DNA of 64,000 nt, taken from IMG/VR virus record IMGVR_UViG_3300035092_000015, positions 16,876 through 80,875 of that record; one strand, 5' to 3'. This document shows, in pieces, positions 19,131 to 28,354 of the stretch; within the stretch, counting starts at the first letter, position 1, and every line of letters starts with the position of its first letter. The stretch comes from a virus. The position numbers and the translations under genes are program-made. The notes under the pieces were generated by a model. The model did not search any database, was not told the origin of the DNA, and worked only from the letters and a program-made list of their open reading frames with translations.

Positions 19131-19412
19131 GTGGTTCATCCTGACTTACTGCACTGGCAGCTGACCATGCCCACCCGGATATCCACCGCAGACGAACACT
19201 ACTGGGAGCAGCAAGCCCGACACCTGGTCGCCTGCGACACCTGCCCCGCCCCGATCGACCAACCATGCCACTACCCGACCAGCGGAGTCGAAGCGTCAGT
19301 GTGCTGCCACACCAGCCGGATGGTCAAAGCCGTCAACCACCCCGACTGGGCCGGAAGGAAACCCAAATGGCTACCGACGAAACAATGCGCGACTGGCTCG
19401 CCCCCCAGATGA
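19131..19412 (+). CDS. small zinc-finger protein
   Basis: CDTCPAPIDQPC...HTSR. Confidence 0.5.
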   Translation: MVHPDLLHWQLTMPTRISTADEHYWEQQARHLVACDTCPAPIDQPCHYPTSGVEASVCCHTSRMVKAVNHPDWAGRKPKWLPTKQCATGSPPR

Positions 19413-19657
19413 GACGCGCCGACTGCCCCGAACCCGACTGCAACATGTGGGCCGGACATCAAGGGCTACACTCCATCGCCCCCCGGGCTAGGCACACCAT
19501 CCCCGGCTGGGCAGTGACCCTGTTCGCACTCACCGCCGGGCTGGCCATGCTAGCCGCCGCCGCCCGGATCCATCTGGAAACCGCCCTGCTCGCCGGCTGC
19601 GGGACGCTGCTGGTCGGCACCGCCATCGCCGCGATCAACGAGATGAGGAGACACTGA
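19367..19657 (+). CDS. membrane protein
   Basis: AAGGA RBS; C..C...H...H then two hydrophobic helices. Confidence 0.6.
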   Translation: MATDETMRDWLAPQMRRADCPEPDCNMWAGHQGLHSIAPRARHTIPGWAVTLFALTAGLAMLAAAARIHLETALLAGCGTLLVGTAIAAINEMRRH

Positions 19658-20610
19658 TGGGCACACCCTGGGGCGACCAACCCCCACTCGTCTACTTCGC
19701 CGAACCGATCGACAAAGCCCACGGGCAGAACTTCGCCATCGCCGCCACCATGCACGGCGCACTCACCACCTGGGGCTGCACCACCTACCGCCCCAGCGCA
19801 GCCTGGAAAGCCACCCACCTGGACTGGCGGGTCGACCACCTCAACCGGCAAGCGCTACGCCTGGCCGACCTGATCGTCGCCTACCTCGACGAACACACCC
19901 CATCGATCGGAGTCCCCGCCGAGATCGAAGCCGCCACCGCCCAGAAAATCCCCGCCATCGTGCACTACACCGGCACCTCGTTCGTCCTGGCCGGCAACCC
20001 CCTGGTCACCGTCATCACCAAAACCGAAGACCTGGTCGCAGCGGTGATGCGAGCATTGAAAGACCACCCCCGGCCCGACCGGGCCGCCGACCACCAACTG
20101 GCCCGGACCCTCGCATCGGGTGGTTCGGTCAGCCTCGGCACCATCACCCCCGCACAGGCCACCGCCCTGGTCGCCAAGATCAACGGCCCCGAACCGATCC
20201 GGCTGGTCGTCACCGAAGGCGCCGCCCCACCCCAGCGGGTCTACCAAGACGACGCCGGAATCGACCTCACCACCGCCGCCGAGATCGTCATCAACCCCGG
20301 ACAGTACGTCGACGTCCCCACCCAGGTCGAAGCCACCCAACTCCCCTCCGGATACTGGGGGTTGATCACCGGCCGCTCGAGTGCGCTGCGGAAATGGCGC
20401 CTGCACATCCCCATCGCCGTGATCGACCCCGGCTGGCGCGGCCCGCTGTTCGTCGGGGTGTGGAACCTCGGCGGGAACCCCGTCACCGTCAAAGCCGGCG
20501 ACCGGCTCGGCCAGCTGATCCTCATCCCCAACCACACCGCCCCGATCGAAGTCGTCGCGGCGGTTGAAGACCACCCCCGGGGTTTGAAAGGATTCGGCTC
20601 GAGCGGATGA
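19657..20610 (+). CDS. dut: nucleoside 2'-deoxyribosyltransferase-like domain fused to trimeric dUTPase-like domain
   Basis: N-term VYFAEPID..ADLIVAYL..SIGVPAEI; C-term DAGIDL, GRSS, VIDPGWRG, GDRLGQL, RGLKGFGSSG. Confidence 0.82.
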   Translation: MGTPWGDQPPLVYFAEPIDKAHGQNFAIAATMHGALTTWGCTTYRPSAAWKATHLDWRVDHLNRQALRLADLIVAYLDEHTPSIGVPAEIEAATAQKIPAIVHYTGTSFVLAGNPLVTVITKTEDLVAAVMRALKDHPRPDRAADHQLARTLASGGSVSLGTITPAQATALVAKINGPEPIRLVVTEGAAPPQRVYQDDAGIDLTTAAEIVINPGQYVDVPTQVEATQLPSGYWGLITGRSSALRKWRLHIPIAVIDPGWRGPLFVGVWNLGGNPVTVKAGDRLGQLILIPNHTAPIEVVAAVEDHPRGLKGFGSSG

Positions 20611-21050
20611 AACCCAGCCACCAATGCCGGGTCTGCGGACGGTGGCTCGAAGGCGAGTGGAACCGGACCACCGACCCAGACCTGCAGGCCGCCCTGCAAC
20701 GGCAGATGAACCAAGGCCACTGCGACGGGTGCACACCCGACCTCGAACGGCCCCACCAATGGCGACCCACCCGGCTCGGCGTCACCCGGATCCTGCAAAC
20801 CGAACGGCTGGCCATCCACCGGATCAACTACCTGTGGTGGTGCGCCTGGTGCGGCACACAGACCAGACAACCCGACTACCCCGGCGGGACCTGCAACCAA
20901 CACCGCCTGGCCGAACTGACCGGCCGGACCTACACCGTCGACACCAAACCGACCCTCCCAGGAAGGCCACCCAACCGGACATGGCACTCGACTACCAATG
21001 CGTGTACTGCCGCCCCCAACCCCACGCACGATTCCACAACGGGACATTGA
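20607..21050 (+). CDS. Cys-rich hypothetical protein
   Basis: three CxxC pairs; ATGA overlap. Confidence 0.55.
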   Translation: MKPSHQCRVCGRWLEGEWNRTTDPDLQAALQRQMNQGHCDGCTPDLERPHQWRPTRLGVTRILQTERLAIHRINYLWWCAWCGTQTRQPDYPGGTCNQHRLAELTGRTYTVDTKPTLPGRPPNRTWHSTTNACTAAPNPTHDSTTGH

Positions 21051-21271
21051 TCGAGATCGCCCTACACCACACCGGACGGCGCTGCCACGGCGACATCACC
21101 CGGCTCACACCCACCGAATGGGACAGTTACGCCCCCGCACACGTGGACACCGAGCTGCGCCAGAAATGGGTCCGAGGGTGGCAGGCAACCCAATCACCCG
21201 ACGCGAAACCACCCAAACCCGACCGGGTACGCCCCGCCGGGACCGTCCGCCGGCCCACCCCCCGCCGGTAG
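20981..21271 (+). CDS. hypothetical protein
   Basis: ATG at 20981; CVYC...H...C. Confidence 0.45.
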   Translation: MALDYQCVYCRPQPHARFHNGTLIEIALHHTGRRCHGDITRLTPTEWDSYAPAHVDTELRQKWVRGWQATQSPDAKPPKPDRVRPAGTVRRPTPRR

Positions 21272-21451
21272 GGTGTTGTCCCGCCAGAACCAGCGGTACG
21301 ATAGACGATCCGCGTCCGGGGACAGGAGCGGGGGGCTGCGCCGCCACGCGCAACCCCCCACCTGCTGACACCGGAACCCGCAAGACCACCCGGATCAATC
21401 CTAGCACAACCGGCCCCCGACGGCCGCCAACCACAACAAGAGGGGGGACGA

Positions 21452-23599
21452 GTGGAACGTACCCCGCTGCAGGTCGTGCTCGACGCCATCACCACCCGCA
21501 CCGGGACCGGGCAGCTGCAGAACGGGCAATGGCGACTGCACTGCCCCGCCCACCCAGACCGAAACTCCAGCCTCGGACTGGCCGAAACCCCAGCCGGACA
21601 TGCGCTGCTGTACTGCCAAGCCGGCTGCCGCACCGAAGACGTCCTCGCATCCGTCGACCTGCAGATGCGCGACCTGTACCCCATCACCAACGGCGACCGG
21701 CGCGAAGACCCCATCGTCGCCACCTACCCATACGTGGACGAAACCGGGCAGCTGCTGTACCAAGTGCTGCGGACCGCCAACAAACGGTTCATGCAACGCC
21801 GCCCCGACCCCACCCAACCCACCAAATGGATCTACAAACTCGACGACACCCGCCGGGTCCTGTACCGCCTCCCAGCCGTGCTGCAAGCCATCCGCGAAGG
21901 CCAAACCATCTACCTCGTGGAAGGCGAGAAAGACGTCCACACCGTCGAACAAGACGGCTGCGTCGGGACGTGTAACCCCGGCGGAGCCGGGAAATGGCGA
22001 CCCGAATACACCGACCAGCTACGCGGCGCCCACCTCGTGATCGTCGCCGACATCGACCCCACCGGGGTCGGGATGCGCCACGCCCGAACCCTACACCAAC
22101 AGCTACAACCAGTAGCAGCCAGCCTGCTGCTGTGCCAACCCGCCGCCGGGAAAGACACCACCGACCACCGGCTCGCCGGGTTCGCCCTGGACGAGCTGAC
22201 CATCGTCGACCCCAACCCCCCAACCCCCACCCCGCAGGCCGTCCCGCTGCCCCCGGAGGCCATCGACGGGCCGCCCGAGCCGGTATCACCCGCAACCACC
22301 GACATGGGGAGAGCGAGGATCCGGTTGACCCCCGCATCGGCGTTCACCATCAAACCCGTCCGGTGGGTCTGGGACGGACGGATGCCACTCGGCGAGATCT
22401 GCCTCATCGCCGGACGCGAAGGCGTCGGCAAATCCACCTTCCTGGCCTGGCTCACCGCCGCCATCACAAACGGTAACCTCCCCGGGGTGTACGAAGGCGA
22501 ACCCCGGGCCGTCCTGTACAGCGCCTCCGAAGACGCCTGGAGTTACACCATCGCCCCCCGGATGGTCGCCGCCGGAGCCAACCTCGACCTGGTCTACCGG
22601 ATCGACACACTCGACGACGACGGCACCCCAGGGAAGCTGATCCTCCCACGCGACAGCCGATACCTGCCCGAGATCGCCGAAGAAACCAAAGCCGCCGCAC
22701 TCATGTGCGACCCCATCCTCAGCCTCGTCGACGGAAGGATCAACCCCAACCAAGCCCAAGAACTGCGCTCCGCACTCGAACCGTTGAAACACGCCGCCGA
22801 AACCGCCGGGATCGTCGTCCCCGCACTCGTGCACTTCAACAAAACCCGCGACGTGGACATCCTGTCGATGATCGCCGGGTCGAGATCGTGGTCCGAAGTC
22901 GCCCGCGCCGCCCTGGCGATCGCCGAGGACAAAGAAGCCGAAGAATACACCTGTGTCGTCTCCCAGGGCAAGAACAACCTCGGCCGTAAAAACCTCCCCA
23001 ACCTGCTGTACACCATCGACGACGTAGCGTTGGAGACCGAGGACGGACCACCTGCCAGGGTCGGCCGGCTGCGGTGGACCGGCGAGACCGAACTGGAGGC
23101 GGAAGAGGTGCTGCAACGCAAACCGACCAGCCAAGCCAACCGGGAGAACATGAACCGGACCCAGGCGGCGATCTTGGACTGGCTGGACGAACAGGGCCGC
23201 GCCTGCAGCCCCCGCGAGGTTGCCGATGGGCTGCCGGACGTCCTGAACTATGAGAACGCGAAGAAAACCCTCGCCCGGCTGGCGTCACGCGGCGTAATCC
23301 AACGGGTAGGGACAGGCTTGTATCGCACCGAACCTGCTGTCCCTGCCGCTGGAGCCGGGTCAACGCCCATGCGTACGCGCGACCCCCTCGGAAAACAGTC
23401 CCCGTCCCCCGCCCAAGTCAAGGGGGGTGGAGGGACTGGAAGTAAGGGTATACTTGTCCCCGCAGGGACTGGAGGAGGGACTGGGACGCAGGGGGCGGGC
23501 AAGTTGTCCCCCGAGGTGGTAAGGAGTTGCACGGTCTGCTACGGACCGTTAACGATCACCGAGCCCGGCCAGACCACCCACCCCACCTGCGAGCCCTAG
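21452..23599 (+). CDS. DNA primase-helicase (Zn finger + TOPRIM + RepA/AAA_25 helicase + wHTH)
   Basis: CPAHPD..SL, CQAGC, LVEGEKDV, IVADID..G, GREGVGKST Walker A. Confidence 0.9.
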   Translation: MERTPLQVVLDAITTRTGTGQLQNGQWRLHCPAHPDRNSSLGLAETPAGHALLYCQAGCRTEDVLASVDLQMRDLYPITNGDRREDPIVATYPYVDETGQLLYQVLRTANKRFMQRRPDPTQPTKWIYKLDDTRRVLYRLPAVLQAIREGQTIYLVEGEKDVHTVEQDGCVGTCNPGGAGKWRPEYTDQLRGAHLVIVADIDPTGVGMRHARTLHQQLQPVAASLLLCQPAAGKDTTDHRLAGFALDELTIVDPNPPTPTPQAVPLPPEAIDGPPEPVSPATTDMGRARIRLTPASAFTIKPVRWVWDGRMPLGEICLIAGREGVGKSTFLAWLTAAITNGNLPGVYEGEPRAVLYSASEDAWSYTIAPRMVAAGANLDLVYRIDTLDDDGTPGKLILPRDSRYLPEIAEETKAAALMCDPILSLVDGRINPNQAQELRSALEPLKHAAETAGIVVPALVHFNKTRDVDILSMIAGSRSWSEVARAALAIAEDKEAEEYTCVVSQGKNNLGRKNLPNLLYTIDDVALETEDGPPARVGRLRWTGETELEAEEVLQRKPTSQANRENMNRTQAAILDWLDEQGRACSPREVADGLPDVLNYENAKKTLARLASRGVIQRVGTGLYRTEPAVPAAGAGSTPMRTRDPLGKQSPSPAQVKGGGGTGSKGILVPAGTGGGTGTQGAGKLSPEVVRSCTVCYGPLTITEPGQTTHPTCEP

Positions 23600-23628
23600 C
23601 CGTCGGGACCGCGTGATAGAGTGCAGGG

Positions 23629-23892
23629 ATGGCAACCCAGATCCAACCGGGACAACCCGGTGACCTGCCCGACCACCCACGCCCCATCAGCAGCACCACC
23701 TACCCCTGGGACCAATGGGCCGACGGACACACCTGGCTGCTCACCCGAGACACCGACTACACCGACACCACCCACAAAGTCACCGAAGCCGCCAAGAAAC
23801 ACGCCCAACGCCACGGCTACCACCTGCGCTACGCCACCACCCCCAACAGCATCCGCCTACGATTCATCCCGAAGGAACCCGCCACACCATGA
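23629..23892 (+). CDS. small putative DNA-binding protein
   Basis: YPWDQWADG..W.L...DY; leaderless behind TAGAGT (23617-22). Confidence 0.65.
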   Translation: MATQIQPGQPGDLPDHPRPISSTTYPWDQWADGHTWLLTRDTDYTDTTHKVTEAAKKHAQRHGYHLRYATTPNSIRLRFIPKEPATP

Positions 23893-25331
23893 GCCGACGT
23901 ACACCCACCCCAGACATCGACCGCATCTGGACCACCACCTGGACCACACACCTGTGGCACCAACAATGGCTCGCCCATTTATACACCCAAACCCGAGCCA
24001 ACCCCAACCACCCAGGACACGACCACCTCGACCACTACCACCAAGCCGCCCAGCAATACGCCGACAACCCCACCCCGTGGTTGATCGAACAAGGGCACCA
24101 AGAACAGATCACCCGACACGACCTCCAAGCCGCCCTCGACATCTACAACCAGCACGCCGGACACGACACCGCCCACCTCGGACTCACCAGCCACGACATC
24201 ACCGACCCCACCACCCAGATCCAGATCCGAGACAGCGCCAACCACATCCTGCGGCAGATCACCGAACTCGCCCACCTGCTCGGACAGCAAGCCCAAACCT
24301 GGCGCCTGCAACCGCTGCTCGCCCGCACCCACGGCCAACCCGCCCAGACCACAAGCTACGGACACCGGATCGCCGCCACCATCACCCCGCTGCTGGCGGC
24401 CGGGGCCCGGCTCGAGGCCGCGATCCAGAACTACGACTTCCGCCCCCCGCACGGTGCGGTCGGCACCTCTGCTGACCTGAACCGCGTCCTGCACGGGTGG
24501 GCCGGGCACGGGAACGGCCCGACGACGGCCTCGGAGGGGTCTCCGAGCGCCTCGGAGCCCCCAGCGGGTATTTCGGGCCCCCCAGGAGCTTCGGAGGCCG
24601 CCGGAAAGGCTTCCGAAGCCGTCGACCTGTACGGCGTTTTGATCGCCAAAGCGGCCGGGTTCCAGTTCGTGATGCCCACCACCCGTCAGATCTACCACCG
24701 GTCCTACGACCTGCCGATCGCCTCGGCGATGGTGGAGATCGCGGCGGTCGCGCAGACCTGGGCCACCGACCGGCGGCTGGAGGCGATGCTCGGGTTGGGC
24801 AACGAGGCCCGCGACCCGGGGCAGGTCGGTTCGTCTGCGATGGCGCATAAGACCAACCCGGTCCTGTGCGAACGGATCTGCAGCCTGACGTCGGTTACTC
24901 GGAGTCACTACACCGGGTTGGCGGAGATCGCCGGGCAGGGGTGGCTCGAGGGGGATGTGTCGACCTCTGCAGCCCGGCGGTTGTTGCTGCCGCAACTGTT
25001 CTCGAATGTCTCGGCGATCTTGATCAACTGGCGCGACGCCGCCCTGCGGTGGGAGCCGGATTGTAAGCAGCTGTCCCGTGAGTTGGAGTTACACAACCAG
25101 GAGGTGTCGACGGGGGCGTTGCTGCACTACCTGGTCGAGTCGGGGGTGCCACGGTCGGAGGCCCACCGGCGGCTGCGTGGGGGGGTGTTGGGGCTGCTGG
25201 CCGATGCGGATGGCGAGGAGCATGATCGGTTACTGGCTGTGATGGTGGATGCGTCTCGGATCCCGGTGCAGGCGTTGGTCGAGGTCGATGTGATTGTGGC
25301 GGCGACGGCATCGCTCGGCCCGTCCAGTTGA
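23889..25331 (+). CDS. purB: adenylosuccinate lyase (fumarase/ASL superfamily)
   Basis: HLGLTSHDITD, ARTHGQPAQ, GAVGT, GSSAMAHKTNPVLCERI signature. Confidence 0.88.
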   Translation: MSRRTPTPDIDRIWTTTWTTHLWHQQWLAHLYTQTRANPNHPGHDHLDHYHQAAQQYADNPTPWLIEQGHQEQITRHDLQAALDIYNQHAGHDTAHLGLTSHDITDPTTQIQIRDSANHILRQITELAHLLGQQAQTWRLQPLLARTHGQPAQTTSYGHRIAATITPLLAAGARLEAAIQNYDFRPPHGAVGTSADLNRVLHGWAGHGNGPTTASEGSPSASEPPAGISGPPGASEAAGKASEAVDLYGVLIAKAAGFQFVMPTTRQIYHRSYDLPIASAMVEIAAVAQTWATDRRLEAMLGLGNEARDPGQVGSSAMAHKTNPVLCERICSLTSVTRSHYTGLAEIAGQGWLEGDVSTSAARRLLLPQLFSNVSAILINWRDAALRWEPDCKQLSRELELHNQEVSTGALLHYLVESGVPRSEAHRRLRGGVLGLLADADGEEHDRLLAVMVDASRIPVQALVEVDVIVAATASLGPSS

Positions 25332-25346
25332 CACCCGGGGTGGCAC
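25328..25346. promoter_or_regulatory. operator-like site TTGACAC-N5-GTGGCAC
   Basis: matches the recurring 7-5-7 motif; includes TTGACA. Confidence 0.5.
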
Positions 25347-25391
25347 GGTGGTTTCCTGGCGGGCGGGATGAGCGAGAGCTAAGCTGGATCT

Positions 25392-25574
25392 ATGGCAGCC
25401 GATGTCTCCGCCCGAGTCCGGATCGTCAAAGTCTTCAACCTCGAAGAACAACTCCGCGACCAGGTCCAAACCCTGCGCGACCAGGTCCAAACCATGCAGG
25501 GGCAAATCCAGACCCTGCAGGGCCAGGTCCAGAACCTGAACCAACGAGTCACCGCACTGGAGAACGCACCTTGA
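25392..25574 (+). CDS. small coiled-coil protein
   Basis: heptads LRDQVQT/LRDQVQT/MQGQIQT/LQGQVQN encoded by 21-nt repeats. Confidence 0.7.
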   Translation: MAADVSARVRIVKVFNLEEQLRDQVQTLRDQVQTMQGQIQTLQGQVQNLNQRVTALENAP

Positions 25575-25587
25575 GAGGACGGCATCT

Positions 25588-26130
25588 GTGGTAAGCGACG
25601 GATACTGGCTGGCCGCCCCCGGCCACGACTGGCGGCGGGTCAAGCTCGAGGACTACCTGACCGCAGCCGGCAACGCCGGACTGTACCGTACCGTCACCGA
25701 CCGGCCTCCCGAGGCGTTCACCGACATCGCCTCCGGGATCCGAGGAACCACGTCCGACCCGAACGCGGACCCGCAGGAGATCCCCCGGTTGCACGTGCAA
25801 GGCCGGACGTTGAACGAGCAACAACTAGCTGCCTTGCGCACTGCGTGGGGCCAGGTCGGCGCTGTGCTCGCACAGGTCCGTGCCGACACCATCGCGGCGA
25901 TGCGGGTTGTTGCCGAAGCAATGGGCGCCGCTGTCGATGAGGCTCAGAAGGTCCGGGAGGCTGCGACGATCAGGAACCAACCCTGCACGGCCGCACCCGA
26001 CGATGTGCTCCGCCGTGTGTGCTACGTCTGGACGACCCACGAACATCCCGACCTGCCCGGGGTTCAGGTCGAGACCTGTATGCGGTGCGGGGAGCCCAAC
26101 TGGGAGGCTCTAGCTAAACTCCTCCAATAA
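25588..26130 (+). CDS. hypothetical protein
   Basis: GAGAGGA RBS; C-terminal C..H..CMRC. Confidence 0.6.
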   Translation: MVSDGYWLAAPGHDWRRVKLEDYLTAAGNAGLYRTVTDRPPEAFTDIASGIRGTTSDPNADPQEIPRLHVQGRTLNEQQLAALRTAWGQVGAVLAQVRADTIAAMRVVAEAMGAAVDEAQKVREAATIRNQPCTAAPDDVLRRVCYVWTTHEHPDLPGVQVETCMRCGEPNWEALAKLLQ

Positions 26131-26135
26131 CACCT

Positions 26136-26163
26136 TGTGTCACACTGGATGTCACGCTAAGAT
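26136..26163 (+). promoter_or_regulatory. operator-like site plus -10 TAAGAT (leaderless promoter)
   Basis: 19-bp exact copy of 10224-10242; TAAGAT 26158-63; GTG start 6 nt later. Confidence 0.6.
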
Positions 26164-26169
26164 GGTGGT

Positions 26170-26805
26170 GTGAATCTATCGACCCGCACCGCCACCGCCA
26201 CCCTGGCCGCCCTGACCACACTCACCCTCACCGCTGGATGTGACACCGACTTCTGGGGCAACCCACAACCCGGCCCCAGCGACGAAGGCACCAGCTGCCC
26301 CGTAGGAGAAGGACCCGTGGCCCCACCCCTGCCATTCGACCCCGCCGCCCAGCAGAAACCCGACGGCGTCACCCCCGGCAACAGCTGGATCGTGTTCGAA
26401 CTCGAGGTCAGGGCGTTGGGCGGCGACGGGGACCGCGACTACTGCGTCCCGTTCGCCGGGCACGTCTACGCCCGGTCCGGCGAAGCCGACACCGTCACCC
26501 TCGACGGTGCCGGGCTGCCCGGCGGGCCGCACGACTTCATCGGGACCACCCCCTGGACCGGGCGGTACCTCGCCCTGCAGTACAACCCCACCGAGCAGCG
26601 GTTCGCCGGAACACCCCCCGCCTATGAGGTCCACCTCGACGCGACCTACCTGGCCGATCGGGACGCCCACAACCCCCCACCTGCAGCCCTGCGGTGTGCG
26701 ATCCGACTGCGCGGGGCGACCGTCGCGCAGGACCTGTCGGTGATCGCGAAAGGCAGCAACGTCCGATGCGAGCTGCGCAGCAACGACTACTGGATCCACG
26801 CATGA
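26170..26805 (+). CDS. lipoprotein
   Basis: signal peptide with lipobox LTAG-C. Confidence 0.75.
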   Translation: MNLSTRTATATLAALTTLTLTAGCDTDFWGNPQPGPSDEGTSCPVGEGPVAPPLPFDPAAQQKPDGVTPGNSWIVFELEVRALGGDGDRDYCVPFAGHVYARSGEADTVTLDGAGLPGGPHDFIGTTPWTGRYLALQYNPTEQRFAGTPPAYEVHLDATYLADRDAHNPPPAALRCAIRLRGATVAQDLSVIAKGSNVRCELRSNDYWIHA

Positions 26806-26888
26806 AGATCTCGATCCTGTTGGTCGCTCTGGCGGCGGCGTTCTGCGTGGTCATGGCGGTCGGGTTCCTGGCCGGGTACATCCGATGA
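26802..26888 (+). CDS. small membrane peptide (28 aa)
   Basis: MKISILLVALAAAFCVVMAVGFLAGYIR; ATGA overlaps at both ends. Confidence 0.5.
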   Translation: MKISILLVALAAAFCVVMAVGFLAGYIR

Positions 26889-27247
26889 ACCGGGTACTGT
26901 ACGGCGACGCCCAGGGCCGGTGGGCGCAATTGATCTGGCCGGATGGGCTGGTGTCCCCTCCGGCGCTGGCGATGCACCAGCCGCTGGTCGGGCCGGCCGG
27001 GTTGATCCACCTCGGGCATCCGTGTGAGGTGGTGGGCCAGATCTGCGCCCGGCACGGCGGGAATAAACGCCCGGTCCAGCAGGCGATCGCCGGGCTGCTC
27101 GGGGTGACGCAGCAGCAAGTGTCGCGGTATGCCCTGGGGCAGTCGTTGCCGCCGCCCGTTGTCCTGCCGGTGGTCGTCCGGATGTGGTTCGATCCGCAGC
27201 TGGTCGAAGACGTGATAGCCGGGATCGAGGAGGTCGACGGTGGGTGA
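26885..27247 (+). CDS. XRE-type HTH protein
   Basis: QQAIAGLLGVTQQQVSRYALG. Confidence 0.7.
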   Translation: MNRVLYGDAQGRWAQLIWPDGLVSPPALAMHQPLVGPAGLIHLGHPCEVVGQICARHGGNKRPVQQAIAGLLGVTQQQVSRYALGQSLPPPVVLPVVVRMWFDPQLVEDVIAGIEEVDGG

Positions 27248-27605
27248 TCTTCACGGCGAGATCCGGGTTCGGGTCGAGGCCCGGCAGCAACGGGCCCGAG
27301 AAGTTGCCCCGACCTGGGGGAAAAGCGTCCGCAATGGCGGGGTCGGTACGACCTTCACCCACCAGGCTGGGCAGTGGGAGGCGGCCGAGGCGACGAAGGT
27401 GTTCGTCTATCATGAGAACCCGACCGTCGTCCTGCGCAACTGCGCCGAAGACCTGCGGATCCTGGACGAGCACCGTCCGTGCGCCTGCGACTTGGCCCGG
27501 GAGGTTCCGCACTGTGTCACCCACCGCTGCCCGGCCAGACGGCCGCACACCGCGCTGTCGTCGCTCGCCCGTCGCTACGGAATTGAGGAGAACGATCATG
27601 ACTGA
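27240..27605 (+). CDS. DUF6221-like hypothetical protein
   Basis: VLRNCAEDLRILDEH..C...LSSLARRY. Confidence 0.5.
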   Translation: MGDLHGEIRVRVEARQQRAREVAPTWGKSVRNGGVGTTFTHQAGQWEAAEATKVFVYHENPTVVLRNCAEDLRILDEHRPCACDLAREVPHCVTHRCPARRPHTALSSLARRYGIEENDHD

Positions 27606-27801
27606 CGAACTCACCTGGTTTAAGAGCACCTACTCTGCCGACAGCGCCGCCTGCGTCGAGGTCGCCCGCACCGACACCGAGGTGTGGCTGCGGGACTCGA
27701 AACACCCCACCGGGCCCGTGCTGCGGCTCGACCCGGACGTGTGGCGCCGGTTCGTCCAAGACGTGAGCGCGGGAGCGTTCGACATTGGGACGAAGCCGTG
27801 A
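27598..27801 (+). CDS. DUF397 (BldB-like) protein
   Basis: WFKSTYS...CVEVA...LRDSKHP.GPVL....W..FV. Confidence 0.9.
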   Translation: MTDELTWFKSTYSADSAACVEVARTDTEVWLRDSKHPTGPVLRLDPDVWRRFVQDVSAGAFDIGTKP

Positions 27802-27977
27802 GCGGCGAAGCCCAGGACATCCCCTGGACCAGCCCGTGCGACACCGGTACCTGCATCCAGACCCGCACCGTCGGCGGCCAGGTCGAGATCCGCGACTCCG
27901 AAAACCCAAACGCTACGCTGCTCGTACCGGCGCAGGCGTGGGAGCGGTTTCTCGCCGCTGTCGTAGCAGACCGTTGA
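27798..27977 (+). CDS. DUF397-like protein, second copy
   Basis: CDTGTCIQ...VEIRDSENP..L....AWERFLAAV. Confidence 0.75.
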   Translation: MSGEAQDIPWTSPCDTGTCIQTRTVGGQVEIRDSENPNATLLVPAQAWERFLAAVVADR

Positions 27978-28354
27978 TGGCTGGCGAACGCCCTTACCAG
28001 GACGGGCTGGTCGTGGTCAACTCGGACGGGACCGACACCGGCGGGCCGTTGCAGTTCCTGGCCGACGCACTGCTCGCGAACGGGGTCGACCGGCAGGCTG
28101 CCGCCCTGATCATCTCCACCATGGCCGACACCCTCGAGGTCGAGCGGAAAGCCGCTGACATGAACGCCTGGCGGCAAGGACGGGCCACAGCCACCGAACT
28201 GGTCCGCAAAGTCGACCAATCCCACCAGCTGTACACCGTGCGTTGGCAAGAAGCCTGGGACGCGCACGAGATCATGCAAGCCGTGCGGTGGCGCGGCGTG
28301 GCGGAGGGTCTGCAGATCGCACTGTCGATCCTGGCCGGACCGGAGGACCAGTAA
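27977..28354 (+). CDS. hypothetical protein
   Basis: TGATG coupling. Confidence 0.6.
   Translation: MAGERPYQDGLVVVNSDGTDTGGPLQFLADALLANGVDRQAAALIISTMADTLEVERKAADMNAWRQGRATATELVRKVDQSHQLYTVRWQEAWDAHEIMQAVRWRGVAEGLQIALSILAGPEDQ

Noticed and set aside
25452-25538. 21-nt tandem repeats, possible CRISPR or iteron array
   Set aside because: No spacers; the repeats are in-frame heptad codons of a coiled-coil protein.
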